A stretch of 64,000 nt of DNA from Hypanus sabinus (lineage: Eukaryota): positions 7,502,001 to 7,566,000 of the forward strand of contig NC_082719.1 in assembly GCF_030144855.1 (NCBI RefSeq). The letters run 5' to 3'. The notes beneath the pieces are model-generated. The model saw only the letters and a program-made list of their open reading frames with translations. It made no database searches and had not been told where the DNA came from. Positions 10,761-24,600 of this stretch are shown in pieces (within the stretch, counting starts at the first letter, position 1; each line of letters begins with the position of its first letter). Made by a program: the position numbers and the translations under genes.

Positions 10761-13700
10761 AAACATGACATAAACATAATTGTTCAAGCACTTTTGTCTT
10801 GAATCATTTCTTCCAAAACAATAAAAGGATGAAGGATGAACTTTCTCCATTTATTTACACCTGATTTTAGAAATAGTTACTGTAGTTATAGATAATCTCT
10901 AAACAATTATTTCTTGGTTTCCAGTATCTCTGTGCATAAAGCAATATGCTGGTGCAACTTTCCTCATTCTGGCCACTGAGTGTTAGCTTGTCTCTCTGGC
11001 CACTTCAACAATATAAATTCAAATTCAACACTTCTTCTTATGAGATCAGTGCTCTGGCACAAAAACACTAACTATTTTTCTTACCACAACTATTGCTTAA
11101 CCTGCTGAAGGTTTCCAGCACTTTGTTTTTTTTAAAAAACAAATTTCTAGAACCTGCAGTTTTCATTTGCTTTCTGACAGAGGTGCAATGTACAATTGAC
11201 TCATTACTGTCTTTGATCTTTTGAATGAATGGCTAGCAATTTCCAGCAATTCCTATTACTACTTACATAACCATATAACAATTACAGCACGGAAACAGGC
11301 TATCTTGGCCCTTCTAGTCCGTGCTGAACGCTTACTCTCACATAGTCCCACTGACCCACACTCAGCCCATAACTCTCCATTCCTTTTCTATCCATATACC
11401 TATCCAATTTTTTAAAAATGACAATACCAAACCTGCCTCTACCACTTCTACCGGAAGCTCGTTCCACGCAGTTACCATTCTCTGAGTAAAGAAATTTCCC
11501 CTCGTGTTACCGTTAAACTTTTGCCCCCTAACTCTCAACTCATGTCCTCTTGTTTGAATCTCCCCTACTCTTAATGGAAAAAAGTCAACTCTATCTATCC
11601 CCCTCATAATTTTAAATACCTCTATCAAGTCCCCCCTCAACCTTCTAAGCTCCAAAGAGTAAAGACCTAACTTGTTCAATCTTTTCTTGTAACTTAGGTG
11701 CTGAAACTCAGGTAAGACTCTAGTAAATCTTCTCTGTACTCTCTCTATTTTGTTGACATCTTTCCTATAATTCGGTGACCAGAACTGTACACAATACTAC
11801 AAATTCAGCCTTACCAATGCCTTGACAAATTTAGATTTCTGTGGAAATCTAAATCTTTGTGATGGGCAGCGATTTTAACAGCGTCTTTAGTTCACTTGCA
11901 CTGTAACTATTAAGTTGCTAGGTTGTGCAATACCCAACAATCCTGTAGATGGAGTAAGATCGCAATACATCTGGTCAAAACCAGATAGTCTGATCCTTGA
12001 CAGTTTCCGAGTTTGTTGCCCAAGTACTTACAGTCATATCCACCTAACTCATGTGTCTGACCATTGCCTCCTACTGGCTGACTATTAACTCCAGGAAGAT
12101 CAGAAAGATGGAATAGAGGTTTGGAAGCTGAATGTGAAACTGGTGATACAGAAAACATTAAGGAACGATGAAGGATTATGCAGCTTAACAAACCATGAAA
12201 CCCTCCAACCATACCTCCAATTAATTTGATTACGTAAAAGTCCAAAGTATATTTATTATCAAAGTATGTGTACTTCATATAACCTTGAGATTCATCTCCT
12301 TACAGGCAGCTACAAAACAAAGAAACCCAATAGAACCCATTAAAACAGAAGAAAACTGTCAAACACACAATGTGCAGAGAGAAATAAAAGCAAATTGTGC
12401 AAACAATAAAAGTAAGCAAATAGCATTCAGAACTAAAGTTCATCAAACCAGGCATCATTGCATCTGAATCAAAGTGCATTACTTACAGATCACAGCCTCA
12501 GTTCAGCCCAGAGATGAGTAAACCTCTGGCCCCGACACCCTGACCATTTCAATCTGGCCCAGAAGTGAAATCGTCCAAACCTTTTGTCGTTCTTTGCCGT
12601 TGGTCTGGGGCCCTGCCACATCCATACAGTCTCATGCCCGAGCCCCACTCCCTCAATTCAGCTCATACCTGACCTTTCGAATCTGGCTCAAAATATAAAT
12701 TGATCAAACCTCAGGTCTTGAGGAACATAGATTTCTTGTGCAACAGCTGGAGCACCAAAATAATGATGAGAGTTTGAATGCTTGCTTCTTCGCACTGAAG
12801 TGTACTGGCTGTCAAAAGGGTGCCGCTTAAAATGTTTCTTTGATCTTTTAGACTCTGTGATTGAATCTTTGCTCAAAGCCATCAAGAGCTTCAGAAACAA
12901 GATTGAACTTCTATGTGGAGATGTGGCACACCTAGGCGATCCACATGACAAAATGACCATTCTAGATATGAAACTGCAGGGTGAGAGTATCAATTTAATC
13001 CTGACAAAAAGTGCAGTGTCCACTTTTATAAGAAAATTGGAAATATATAAGCAAGCCATTGGGAGAAGAATGTTCTCACAGTTCCCCTGCATGAAAAGTA
13101 TGGCACTCTCTTTCACAGATGGTGATTTGCAAGAGTACTGCTTACGCCTGTAGTCACTGAAGAAGGATTTTCAGAATTGATTCAAGGATTTGAACAATCT
13201 GGAAATTCCGGACTGAGTAAATTGGAGAAAAGCCAAACTGCTCTTCATTGCATTTCCATCTTTCTACCTTGTTAAAAGAGGGTTCAGTGCAGTGAACCAG
13301 ACACTCACCAAAAACAGAAACCATTTGGACTTTGTTACGCTAGGTGACTTGAAGCTTTTGCTGTCATAGCTTGAGCAGATATTTCAACTCTTGCTAAAAA
13401 CCATCAAGCTCAAGGATCACATTGATATCGAAGCTGCTGTACAGTTCTGTTGTACTTCCAGCATCTCCAACAGGATCCCCCCAATACCAGGCATATCTTT
13501 CCCTTCCCTACCTCACCCCCTCCCTACTTTCTGCTTTCTAAAGTGGTTACTCATTATGCAACTCACTTGACAATCCATCCCTCCCCACTGATCTCCCTCC
13601 TTGCATTTACCCTTGCAAGTGGAACAAGTGCTACACATGCCCCTACACCTCCTTCCTCAACACCATTCAGGGCCCCAAACATTCCTTCCAGGTGAGGCGA

Positions 13701-16700
13701 CACTTCACCTGTGAGTCGGCTGGTGTGGTATACTGCGTCCGGTGCTCCCGGTGTGGCCCTCTATATATTGCTGAGACCCGATGCAGACTGGGATACCGTT
13801 TTGTTGAACACCTACGCTCTGTCCGCCAGAGAAAGCAGGATCTCCCAGTGGCCACACATTTTAATTCCACGTCCCATTCCCATTCTGATATGTCTATCCA
13901 TGGCCTCCTCTACTGTCAAGATGAAGCCACACTCCGGTTATAGAAACGAGACCTTATATTCCGTCTGTGTAGCCTCCAACCTGATGTCATGAACTTTGAT
14001 TTCTCTAACTTCCATTAATGCCCCTCCTCCCCTTCTTACACCATCCCTAACTTTTCTCTCTCTCTTTCCCTCTCACAATAACTCGTTGCCTGTTCTCCAT
14101 CTTCCTCTGGTGTCTCCTCCCCCTTTCTTTCTTCAAAGGCCTTCCATCCTATGATACTCCCCTTCTCCGGCCTTGTATCCCTATTTCCAATCAACTTTCC
14201 AGCTCTTAGCTTCATCCCTCCCTCTCCTGTCTTCTCCTATCATTTTGGGTCTCCCTCCTACTCTCCCACTTTCAAATCTCTTACTATTTCTTTTTTCTAT
14301 TCGTCCTGACAAAGGGTCTCGACCCGAAACGTCAACTGTACTTCTTCCTATCGATGCTGCCTGGCCTGCTGCGTTCCACCACCATTTTGTGTGTGTTTCC
14401 CAAAGGGAATGTTGCTTTTAAATAATCAAGAGCTTATATTCATGTCAAATTAATTTATTCTAATGTGACAAACTGCAATTACTTTGAGGTTTTTGATATT
14501 AACCGATCTCAGATGACCAGTGCTCAAAGTAATTGATTATGAAGTATTTCTACTGTAGAATGAGAAAACCACAGTACAAAAAGTATTTACGTTTTTAGTG
14601 TCATTTGTTCAATACGTATGATAGTGTAAACACTTATTTTTAACCTTAACACCATTGCCATTCATGTGCCTGCCCCCCTCCCCCCCCCCCCCAGTTAATA
14701 CACACTTCCAATATTCAATATTTCAATATCTGGTAGTGAAAGGACACTAGACTGTGTTTCTTCCCCATAAAACCTAATCATTGGCTGCACCAAGCTTCAG
14801 TACATCCTTCAGCATGTACTCCAGTAGCCTGGAATGTCCCAGTCAGCATCTCACTGTCCAGGCTTCCAACAGAGTGCACGTGTTGATGTTGAATGAAGTT
14901 CTTGTCCTTAGACGTTGAGAGTTCTTAACCATGCTGAACCAAGCAGCTGGGCCCAACCCCCCTCTCTCTCTCTCTCAGTGTTTTAATTTCTCTAGTCCGT
15001 CCAAGTTTCACATAACTTGTTACCCTTTACATCCCGTAGGTTTACTTAATGTATTGTTGTTTATCCCATTAAGTAGTGTTGGTGTCTGTCTCAATCATTA
15101 GAATCTCTGCAGATTCTGGAAATCCAGGCAGCACACACAAAATGCTGGAGGAACTCAGCAGACAGGCAACATCTATGGAAAAGAGTAAACAGTCAACATT
15201 TCAGGCAGAGAACTTGCAAATACTGGAAATGTCAACTGTTTACTCTTTATAGATGCTGCCTGGCCTGCTGAGTTCCTCCAGCAGTTTGTGTGTGCTGGTG
15301 TCTATCTGCCTATTTCATGAGTAAATGTGTCATCTTTATCTTGGTACCATTCACCCATTGGCATCGGGTCAATCCGTCTTTTACACTGTCTCTATGACTT
15401 TGTCCTGTTTCCATTGTATGGATTTTACCACAAAGATACTGGTCTATATTTTGTACTTATTTTTTGATATACAGTGTGGAGTCGATCCTTCTGGGTCTCT
15501 AGGGTGTGCTGCTTAGCATCCCCCAGATTTAATCCTAGCCTAATCAGGGGGCAATTTACAATGACCAACTTACCTACCAACTGGTATGTCTTTGGACTAT
15601 TAGATTAAACCAGAGAAATGGGAGGAAACCTGTGAGGTCACAGGGAGAACATACAAACTTCTTACAGGCTGTGGCTGCTGGTGCTAACTACTATGCTAGC
15701 ATGCCATCCCGCAAAAGTATCCTATGAAGTTGAGACACACAAGGACCACTATCTTTGTCAACAGATCCAGGTCCTCCTCTGCATCTTGCACTTCAATATG
15801 CCCTGTGCATAAGAACATGCAAAAGTGGAGCAGAACCAGACAAGATTCTTACTAAACTTTTATTGCAATTATCTTCATGTCACTTGATTTCCTTATTGCT
15901 CAGGCATCAGAATTTGGGTTTAACAGATGATTGAGCTTCCACATTTATCCAGGGATTGAAAATTCTGAGGATTACTCACCCCACAGCCTTGTGAAGAAAT
16001 TTCTCCTCATCTAAATTATGTATAGTTTATCCTTTATTTGGGGATGTATCCACTTGTTATATTCTCCACAAAAGGGGAAACAGCCTCCCTCGCTCCATAT
16101 CCTTTATTTGGGATGTTACCAATTCTTATACACTCAACAGGGAAAATAGCCTCCTTGGCTCCAGTCTTATAGGAATGCTGTGAGCTTTAATGGGATATTA
16201 TTTTACTTTTCTTAATTCCAGAGAATACATGATGAGTTTACTCATTTTATCTACTTGCATTTACAGCATCCACGTGACCTGATTGTGGATGATCATGGTG
16301 TCACTATAATTTCTGTGGACTTGCTTCCCATCCGCACCTTCAGCAACTCTGCTTCATATTTCCACACTGATGGCTATTTCTCTCTCTCCTTTTTGAAGTT
16401 TAAGTTCAAAGAGTTTTGCTTGAATCCTGTTTTGCTAACAGCACACATTATTGAAGCCATAGCACGTGATCTAAAATATCTGAAAATCTCATGTTTTAGC
16501 ATACGTGCTTTCTGGTCACTGGTTGCAGTTGTTTAATTTGCAACTCTTAGAACTTTTGAAGACACTTTGTTAAAATATTTCAAAATTTTCACAACATTCT
16601 TGTAAGGAGACTCATATTACAAAGTTAATAAATTCACAGATGATCCGGATGTCCCTAGCTCATGTGATAGTAATATTAAACCTCCTTTCTGCTTTCGGGT

Positions 16701-18567
16701 CCCCGATTATACTGTTCATGCTCAAGAATATCTCAACTTACTTGGCCACAGGGTAAATCATTGAGGCTTCTGATACTTCTCAGGTTAATCACCATTGTCC
16801 ACTGCCTATCATTAATGTTACTGTAATCAGGAGTTGCAAACGTTTCTTATGCCACAGACTCCTACTATTAACTGAGGTGTCTGTGGCCCCCAGGTTGGGA
16901 ACTGAAAATCCACCTCACAAACTTTGCGTTCTGTTTGTGTCCTGCTACTTCCCCAAGCAGCAACAACCTATATTGGTCTTTACACTGAGGATCTGTACAT
17001 TACATTACTGGTCAGTAGAGTGATTGACAAGAACAGAGCTTCAGAATAAAAGACTTTATTGAGTGTAGACAACTAAGAACAGTGCATGGTTTGTCAAAGC
17101 ATCAACATTTATATCAACTGTTACACTGGTTTTGAAGATACACATACACTCACATTCTACATTCATAGTGGTAACATAACCCAGGTATATGTGTAAGGAC
17201 TTGTAATGATACATACAAAAGTTGAATGAAATATTGAAAAAAAAAGAGCAGTTACTGCAATTGTACATTAACACAGTCTAATTAATAAATGCACCTTCAA
17301 CTATTTAAACTATAAAATCTGGTTACAAAATAATTTGTCATATGGTTTCTAATAGTGTAACAATTTATCAGGTGCTACCTTCCATTCAGGACATGGAAGA
17401 ATGGGCTAGAAATTTACGATTCAGGCGATTTTAATAATAAACCTGATCATTGATGATCAATTCATGTTTGTGAAAGATGATGTGGGTTTTGCATGCTAGT
17501 ACAGGTTGAGCCTAAAAGAGGGACTGTGCATTTTCCCTTCTGGGTAGGCCCCAAGTTAAGTGTTTTTCCTTGTCTCCATTTCCCTCCAAAATGCTTCTGC
17601 TTTTGTTTTCAGAGAAGTTAGCTGCTCTTTATGTGTTCCTGAAGCTATACCCACTCACCTCATGTCCAACTGATCATCATCACCTTTTCAAATCAGACTA
17701 CCCCACACAGCAACAAAATACATCCCTTCTGGCTTCCTCCAGCAGTGACACAATGCTCTTTCTGTTGTATGGCTTCTGGTAGTTGGGGCTGAGGGGGAGG
17801 GATGTGTGGTGAACTACGTATACCTGTCTGGACACGCCCTCTGCTGACTGCTCCTGTGGCTCCTCCCACAGACCCCTGGATAAAGGCGATCAAGGCCTGA
17901 GCCCGGCCTCTCAGTCTCCAGGATGTAGTATGGTGGTCACTCACTGTTTGTTCCTTCTTCCAGTCAATAAAAGCCAATATCTTGCCTTCACGTCTCAGAG
18001 TGAGTTATTGATGGTGCATCAGGATGGAGATATTTGAGGTGCCCCAACAGAAAGTAAACACATTTGCCCCTCCCATAAACGGAGACACTTTAACTCACTG
18101 TTTTTAAGAAGCCCGTCATGTTCTAGCCCAATGCATTGAATTCATGTTATCATTGTATCCAATTACATTATAAACCTTAACATCTAGTAGTCAAACACTG
18201 GTTACTGTTCAAATTTAATAGCTTAAAACATGCATCTTCAAACATTCCATCGATTTAACTCTATTGAAGAAATAATTGTTTGATATTTATCAACAATAAA
18301 AAATAAAATTCCATTGCATTTCTACACTTGTATCATTGTAAATTATTGACAAACATATATTGGTATATTAATATTTATGGCTCAGGTGCTACATAGAGGA
18401 GATAAAGACAATGAACAAATGACAAAGATTTGTGAGGATTTCATACATTTCTATGTATGTAGTCAATAGACAAACAGAACATTTCAGCTATGGACAGGAC
18501 TATTACGATGTGCTTTAATGACAATTGTTTGGCTCATTACTCTGCTTTTTGCAAGGGACACTTTGTT

Positions 18568-21500
18568 TCATTCGGCCAATGGACTTGCTGCAGTGGTTGG
18601 CAGAGACGCTTCATTGCTTTTCTTTCTAGGAAATACCAGAACGAAAGATAAAGTGAGTTTGAAACATTAGTTTGGTTCTAATTGAAATTTACCAGATACC
18701 TATTGATTCCTGCTGGGAGATCAGACTTTAAAGAATTCACTTGGGTGGACATAGAAGATTCAATACTTTATCAGTATTATCACAATGGCTTATTCTTCAG
18801 ACGACCGAAATAAAAATAAATTATTTGATCATTTTCAGAAGGCAACTTGCCAAGTGCAAGTAGGCTGCTGTGTTTTCCATGTAACATCCTTGATAACACA
18901 AAGCCTGCAAAGTCTTTTGAAATATTTTCATTGAGAGGAAAAAGACCAAGTACTCTGAACTGGCAACCAAAGCTGCTCAGAATGGCTGGAAGACCAAGAT
19001 TTTCCCTGTAGAAGTGGGATGTAGGGGATTCGTAGCTACATCTATTGAAGAAGGTGGGGGTGAGGGGTGTCTCCCTCCAACAAGCAGTCAAGTCCTTGTC
19101 AAACGCAGCAGAGGAAAGCAGCAATTGGATTTGGATTAAAAGGAAAGAGAACAACTGGGCTGCAAGATGAAGACAGGAGGGTACGGAAATGAGGGGGGTG
19201 TATCTGGGACGCCTGGTAGTACCGTTGAGCCCTCTGGAGTCGTCGTGGGCTTATCAATGAAATGTCAAAGAAGGAGGGTGCCCACCAGATGACCCCGACG
19301 ACGTAGCTACCCTCCTCGTCACCACTCCAAGCCACTGCCAACATCGAGAGGGCCGACTTTATCATTGGGATTGAAACATCAAGTCCTAGTAGCTCTACTG
19401 ATCTTCTAATATTTCAATATTTTGAAATATTTATTTATTGAAATACAGTGCAGAATAGGCCCTCCTGGCTGGTCGAGTCACAGCACCCAGCCATCTCCCG
19501 ATTTAACCCTAGCCTAGTCACAGGACAATTTACAATGATCAATGAACCTACCAATGGTCTGTGGGAGGAAACCCATGCAGACACGGGGAGATTGTACAAA
19601 CTCCTTACAGGCAGTGGCGGGAATTGAACCCGGATCACCTGTACTGTAAATTGTTGTTCTAATGTCCTGAAAGACATTCTATAATTCTATGTATTTTTCT
19701 CACATTAATAATGTGCTTAATTGAACTTAAGTAGTGCATTATGCACGTGTAGATAACTGGTCTTGCATGCAAATAAAATTCAGATGATACAAGACAAAGT
19801 GAATAATTTTGCTAAAACGAACAGGATTTACCTTTCAGTCAAGATATTAATAACTTTTTTGACCCATTCGGTTTCAGGATTCACACAGACCTTTGCACCT
19901 GTCTTCAGGGTAATTCTGTGATGCACAATGAGAAAATGTTTTGGTTAAAATAAAGAAGATATGGCACTGTTTCCTGTAAATGAGTTTTCTTTCATAATTT
20001 ATATGAACAGTGGTTTAAAATATACATTGAACAAAAGACAGCCAATAAATGAATACATTCAATGGCAATTTCAGAAAGAAGGGCCATTATGCAAACAGAT
20101 GTAAAATTCTGATAAATTACAGACATACCTTAGACAGCTGAAAGATTTGTTGTTTTAAAATACTGAATGAAAATAGATCATGTTAAGGACAAACTTAGAT
20201 ATTAGAATATATTCTGATATGTTTATATCAACATTTCCGCACACTTACTGAGTAAGGAGTCGACATAAATGTGTGATTTCAATCGTATCAGTGTGAGAAG
20301 CTTACTTAAGATAATGTAAAATGTATTAATCCACCTGCTAATTCTGCAAAAATCAAACAAACTATAGTTTTTCAGACTTGTGCACTTAAATTCTTAGATT
20401 CACTATAGGAGGCTGAAATTTGTACTTACACAATCTCCACCTTTCTGCAGTGGGGACCCTGAGGAAAGATCTCGATATGTTGAAACTTTTTGGGATGAAT
20501 GAGATGAGATGTAGTTTTCACACATCTGCATCTTGTGATTTTTTGACCGGTTGCACACAATCCTTTTACGAAAGGAAAAGAAAAAGAAGGGTCTACAATT
20601 GTGCCAAGGAAATTAAAAGTAGCTGAAAAAAATTGCTGACATGTTGCAAACTGCTTCCTTGAATAATACAACATAGAAAATTCAGTTTTAGATGCAGTTT
20701 TCCTAATTCCCATACTGTTCCAAAATCTTATGCAGTTACTAAATGTATATAATGGCCTACTTATTATTAATATGCACAATCCTTCCCCGATTTACCTGCA
20801 AATAAAAGGGAAAAATACATGCCTTCCTGCTGCATTCTGTAAAGGTAAGAATCATAACTTTGAGTATCTGCCGTTGACATAAACCTTGTCTACTAACGGA
20901 AAAGATTTGCAAACCAGGTCTCAGTACTTCATTGAATTGGTTGCTATCCTGTTTTGGGCACAAGCTCGATACAGAGTGGACTCTGAATAAGAGAAAGTCT
21001 TTGAATAATTTGGAACTGTAGATGAAAATATATGGTAACAACATGATAAATTATCAGTGGTGATTGCTTCTCACTTCAGTCTAGATTACCAGCTTGATTG
21101 GATCCAATCTTATCTACAATGACACATCTCAAGGCTTTATAATTGGCCACTGAAACTCCCCGAAAAGGTCAGCTATTTTAATTCTTTATAATCAGAGTAG
21201 TGCCAACATAGATTAATTTTATTGGATGTTTAAGGTATAATGGATTTTATTTCATATATGAGACAGAAAATGAGAAGTTGATACAAACTATTTGTCTCAT
21301 ATATGAGACAGTAATCTTCTGTACTCACTTACCTTTTAAATGAGAAGTTGATGCAAACTATTTCTATGAAAGTATTCAAACAGTATATGGCACAATCATA
21401 TACTTCTCAAATATTTACAATGATCATTCACACTTACTTTGCAGTAGTAACATAAACATGTATCTTGCTCCAGAAACAATTAAGTCCATCGTGAATCATA

Positions 21501-21608
21501 ATTGCCAATCTTCCAGTTTTAATTTAAACTGCATGGCTAGTACTTACCATGAGCAGCTAGGCAAACTACAGCTACCGCCACCAACAAAAACGTGGTCTGA
21601 GTCTTCAT
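18568..21608 (-). CDS. cxcl8-like: CXC chemokine, CXCL8/IL-8-like, copy B (S26G variant)
   Basis: Exons 21608-21548, 20562-20430, 19915-19832 and 18625-18568 with the same splice sites as copy A. The change at 20548 turns AGT into GGT (S26G), also visible in the ORF track as GLCATGQKITRCRC. Confidence 0.93.
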
Positions 21609-24600
21609 CGTCAGCAAGTCTGTATGACTTTTGTTCTTCAGTCAGCAGCTGGCAACCTTCAGAGTGTCTTGGTTTGGCATATCAGACTTGTATTTATCTG
21701 CAAGTACAAAGGAAGTTATGACATCAGAGAAAAAAACATGACATAAACATAATTGTTCAAGCACTTTTGTCTTGAATCATTTCTTCCAAAACAATAAAAG
21801 GATGAAGGATGAACTTTCTCCATTTATTTACACCTGATTTTAGAAATAGTTACTGTAGTTATAGATAATCTCTAAACAATTATTTCTTGGTTTCCAGTAT
21901 CTCTGTGCATAAAGCAATATGCTGGTGCAACTTTCCTCATTCTGGCCACTGAGTGTTAGCTTGTCTCTCTGGCCACTTCAACAATATAAATTCAAATTCA
22001 ACACTTCTTCTTATGAGATCAGTGCTCTGGCACAAAAACACTAACTATTTTTCTTACCACAACTATTGCTTAACCTGCTGAAGGTTTCCAGCACTTTGTT
22101 TTTTTTAAAAAACAAATTTCTAGAACCTGCAGTTTTCATTTGCTTTCTGACAGAGGTGCAATGTACAATTGACTCATTACTGTCTTTGATCTTTTGAATG
22201 AATGGCTAGCAATTTCCAGCAATTCCTATTACTACTTACATAACCATATAACAATTACAGCACGGAAACAGGCTATCTTGGCCCTTCTAGTCCGTGCTGA
22301 ACGCTTACTCTCACATAGTCCCACTGACCCACACTCAGCCCATAACTCTCCATTCCTTTTCTATCCATATACCTATCCAATTTTTTAAAAATGACAATAC
22401 CAAACCTGCCTCTACCACTTCTACCGGAAGCTCGTTCCACGCAGTTACCATTCTCTGAGTAAAGAAATTTCCCCTCGTGTTACCGTTAAACTTTTGCCCC
22501 CTAACTCTCAACTCATGTCCTCTTGTTTGAATCTCCCCTACTCTTAATGGAAAAAAGTCAACTCTATCTATCCCCCTCATAATTTTAAATACCTCTATCA
22601 AGTCCCCCCTCAACCTTCTAAGCTCCAAAGAGTAAAGACCTAACTTGTTCAATCTTTTCTTGTAACTTAGGTGCTGAAACTCAGGTAAGACTCTAGTAAA
22701 TCTTCTCTGTACTCTCTCTATTTTGTTGACATCTTTCCTATAATTCGGTGACCAGAACTGTACACAATACTACAAATTCAGCCTTACCAATGCCTTGACA
22801 AATTTAGATTTCTGTGGAAATCTAAATCTTTGTGATGGGCAGCGATTTTAACAGCGTCTTTAGTTCACTTGCACTGTAACTATTAAGTTGCTAGGTTGTG
22901 CAATACCCAACAATCCTGTAGATGGAGTAAGATCGCAATACATCTGGTCAAAACCAGATAGTCTGATCCTTGACAGTTTCCGAGTTTGTTGCCCAAGTAC
23001 TTACAGTCATATCCACCTAACTCATGTGTCTGACCATTGCCTCCTACTGGCTGACTATTAACTCCAGGAAGATCAGAAAGATGGAATAGAGGTTTGGAAG
23101 CTGAATGTGAAACTGGTGATACAGAAAACATTAAGGAACGATGAAGGATTATGCAGCTTAACAAACCATGAAACCCTCCAACCATACCTCCAATTAATTT
23201 GATTACGTAAAAGTCCAAAGTATATTTATTATCAAAGTATGTGTACTTCATATAACCTTGAGATTCATCTCCTTACAGGCAGCTACAAAACAAAGAAACC
23301 CAATAGAACCCATTAAAACAGAAGAAAACTGTCAAACACACAATGTGCAGAGAGAAATAAAAGCAAATTGTGCAAACAATAAAAGTAAGCAAATAGCATT
23401 CAGAACTAAAGTTCATCAAACCAGGCATCATTGCATCTGAATCAAAGTGCATTACTTACAGATCACAGCCTCAGTTCAGCCCAGAGATGAGTAAACCTCT
23501 GGCCCCGACACCCTGACCATTTCAATCTGGCCCAGAAGTGAAATCGTCCAAACCTTTTGTCGTTCTTTGCCGTTGGTCTGGGGCCCTGCCACATCCATAC
23601 AGTCTCATGCCCGAGCCCCACTCCCTCAATTCAGCTCATACCTGACCTTTCGAATCTGGCTCAAAATATAAATTGATCAAACCTCAGGTCTTGAGGAACA
23701 TAGATTTCTTGTGCAACAGCTGGAGCACCAAAATAATGATGAGAGTTTGAATGCTTGCTTCTTCGCACTGAAGTGTACTGGCTGTCAAAAGGGTGCCGCT
23801 TAAAATGTTTCTTTGATCTTTTAGACTCTGTGATTGAATCTTTGCTCAAAGCCATCAAGAGCTTCAGAAACAAGATTGAACTTCTATGTGGAGATGTGGC
23901 ACACCTAGGCGATCCACATGACAAAATGACCATTCTAGATATGAAACTGCAGGGTGAGAGTATCAATTTAATCCTGACAAAAAGTGCAGTGTCCACTTTT
24001 ATAAGAAAATTGGAAATATATAAGCAAGCCATTGGGAGAAGAATGTTCTCACAGTTCCCCTGCATGAAAAGTATGGCACTCTCTTTCACAGATGGTGATT
24101 TGCAAGAGTACTGCTTACGCCTGTAGTCACTGAAGAAGGATTTTCAGAATTGATTCAAGGATTTGAACAATCTGGAAATTCCGGACTGAGTAAATTGGAG
24201 AAAAGCCAAACTGCTCTTCATTGCATTTCCATCTTTCTACCTTGTTAAAAGAGGGTTCAGTGCAGTGAACCAGACACTCACCAAAAACAGAAACCATTTG
24301 GACTTTGTTACGCTAGGTGACTTGAAGCTTTTGCTGTCATAGCTTGAGCAGATATTTCAACTCTTGCTAAAAACCATCAAGCTCAAGGATCACATTGATA
24401 TCGAAGCTGCTGTACAGTTCTGTTGTACTTCCAGCATCTCCAACAGGATCCCCCCAATACCAGGCATATCTTTCCCTTCCCTACCTCACCCCCTCCCTAC
24501 TTTCTGCTTTCTAAAGTGGTTACTCATTATGCAACTCACTTGACAATCCATCCCTCCCCACTGATCTCCCTCCTTGCATTTACCCTTGCAAGTGGAACAA

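Noticed and set aside
10954-10963. NF-kB site in the chemokine proximal promoter (GCAACTTTCC)
   Set aside because: Two mismatches in the essential GGG half-site.
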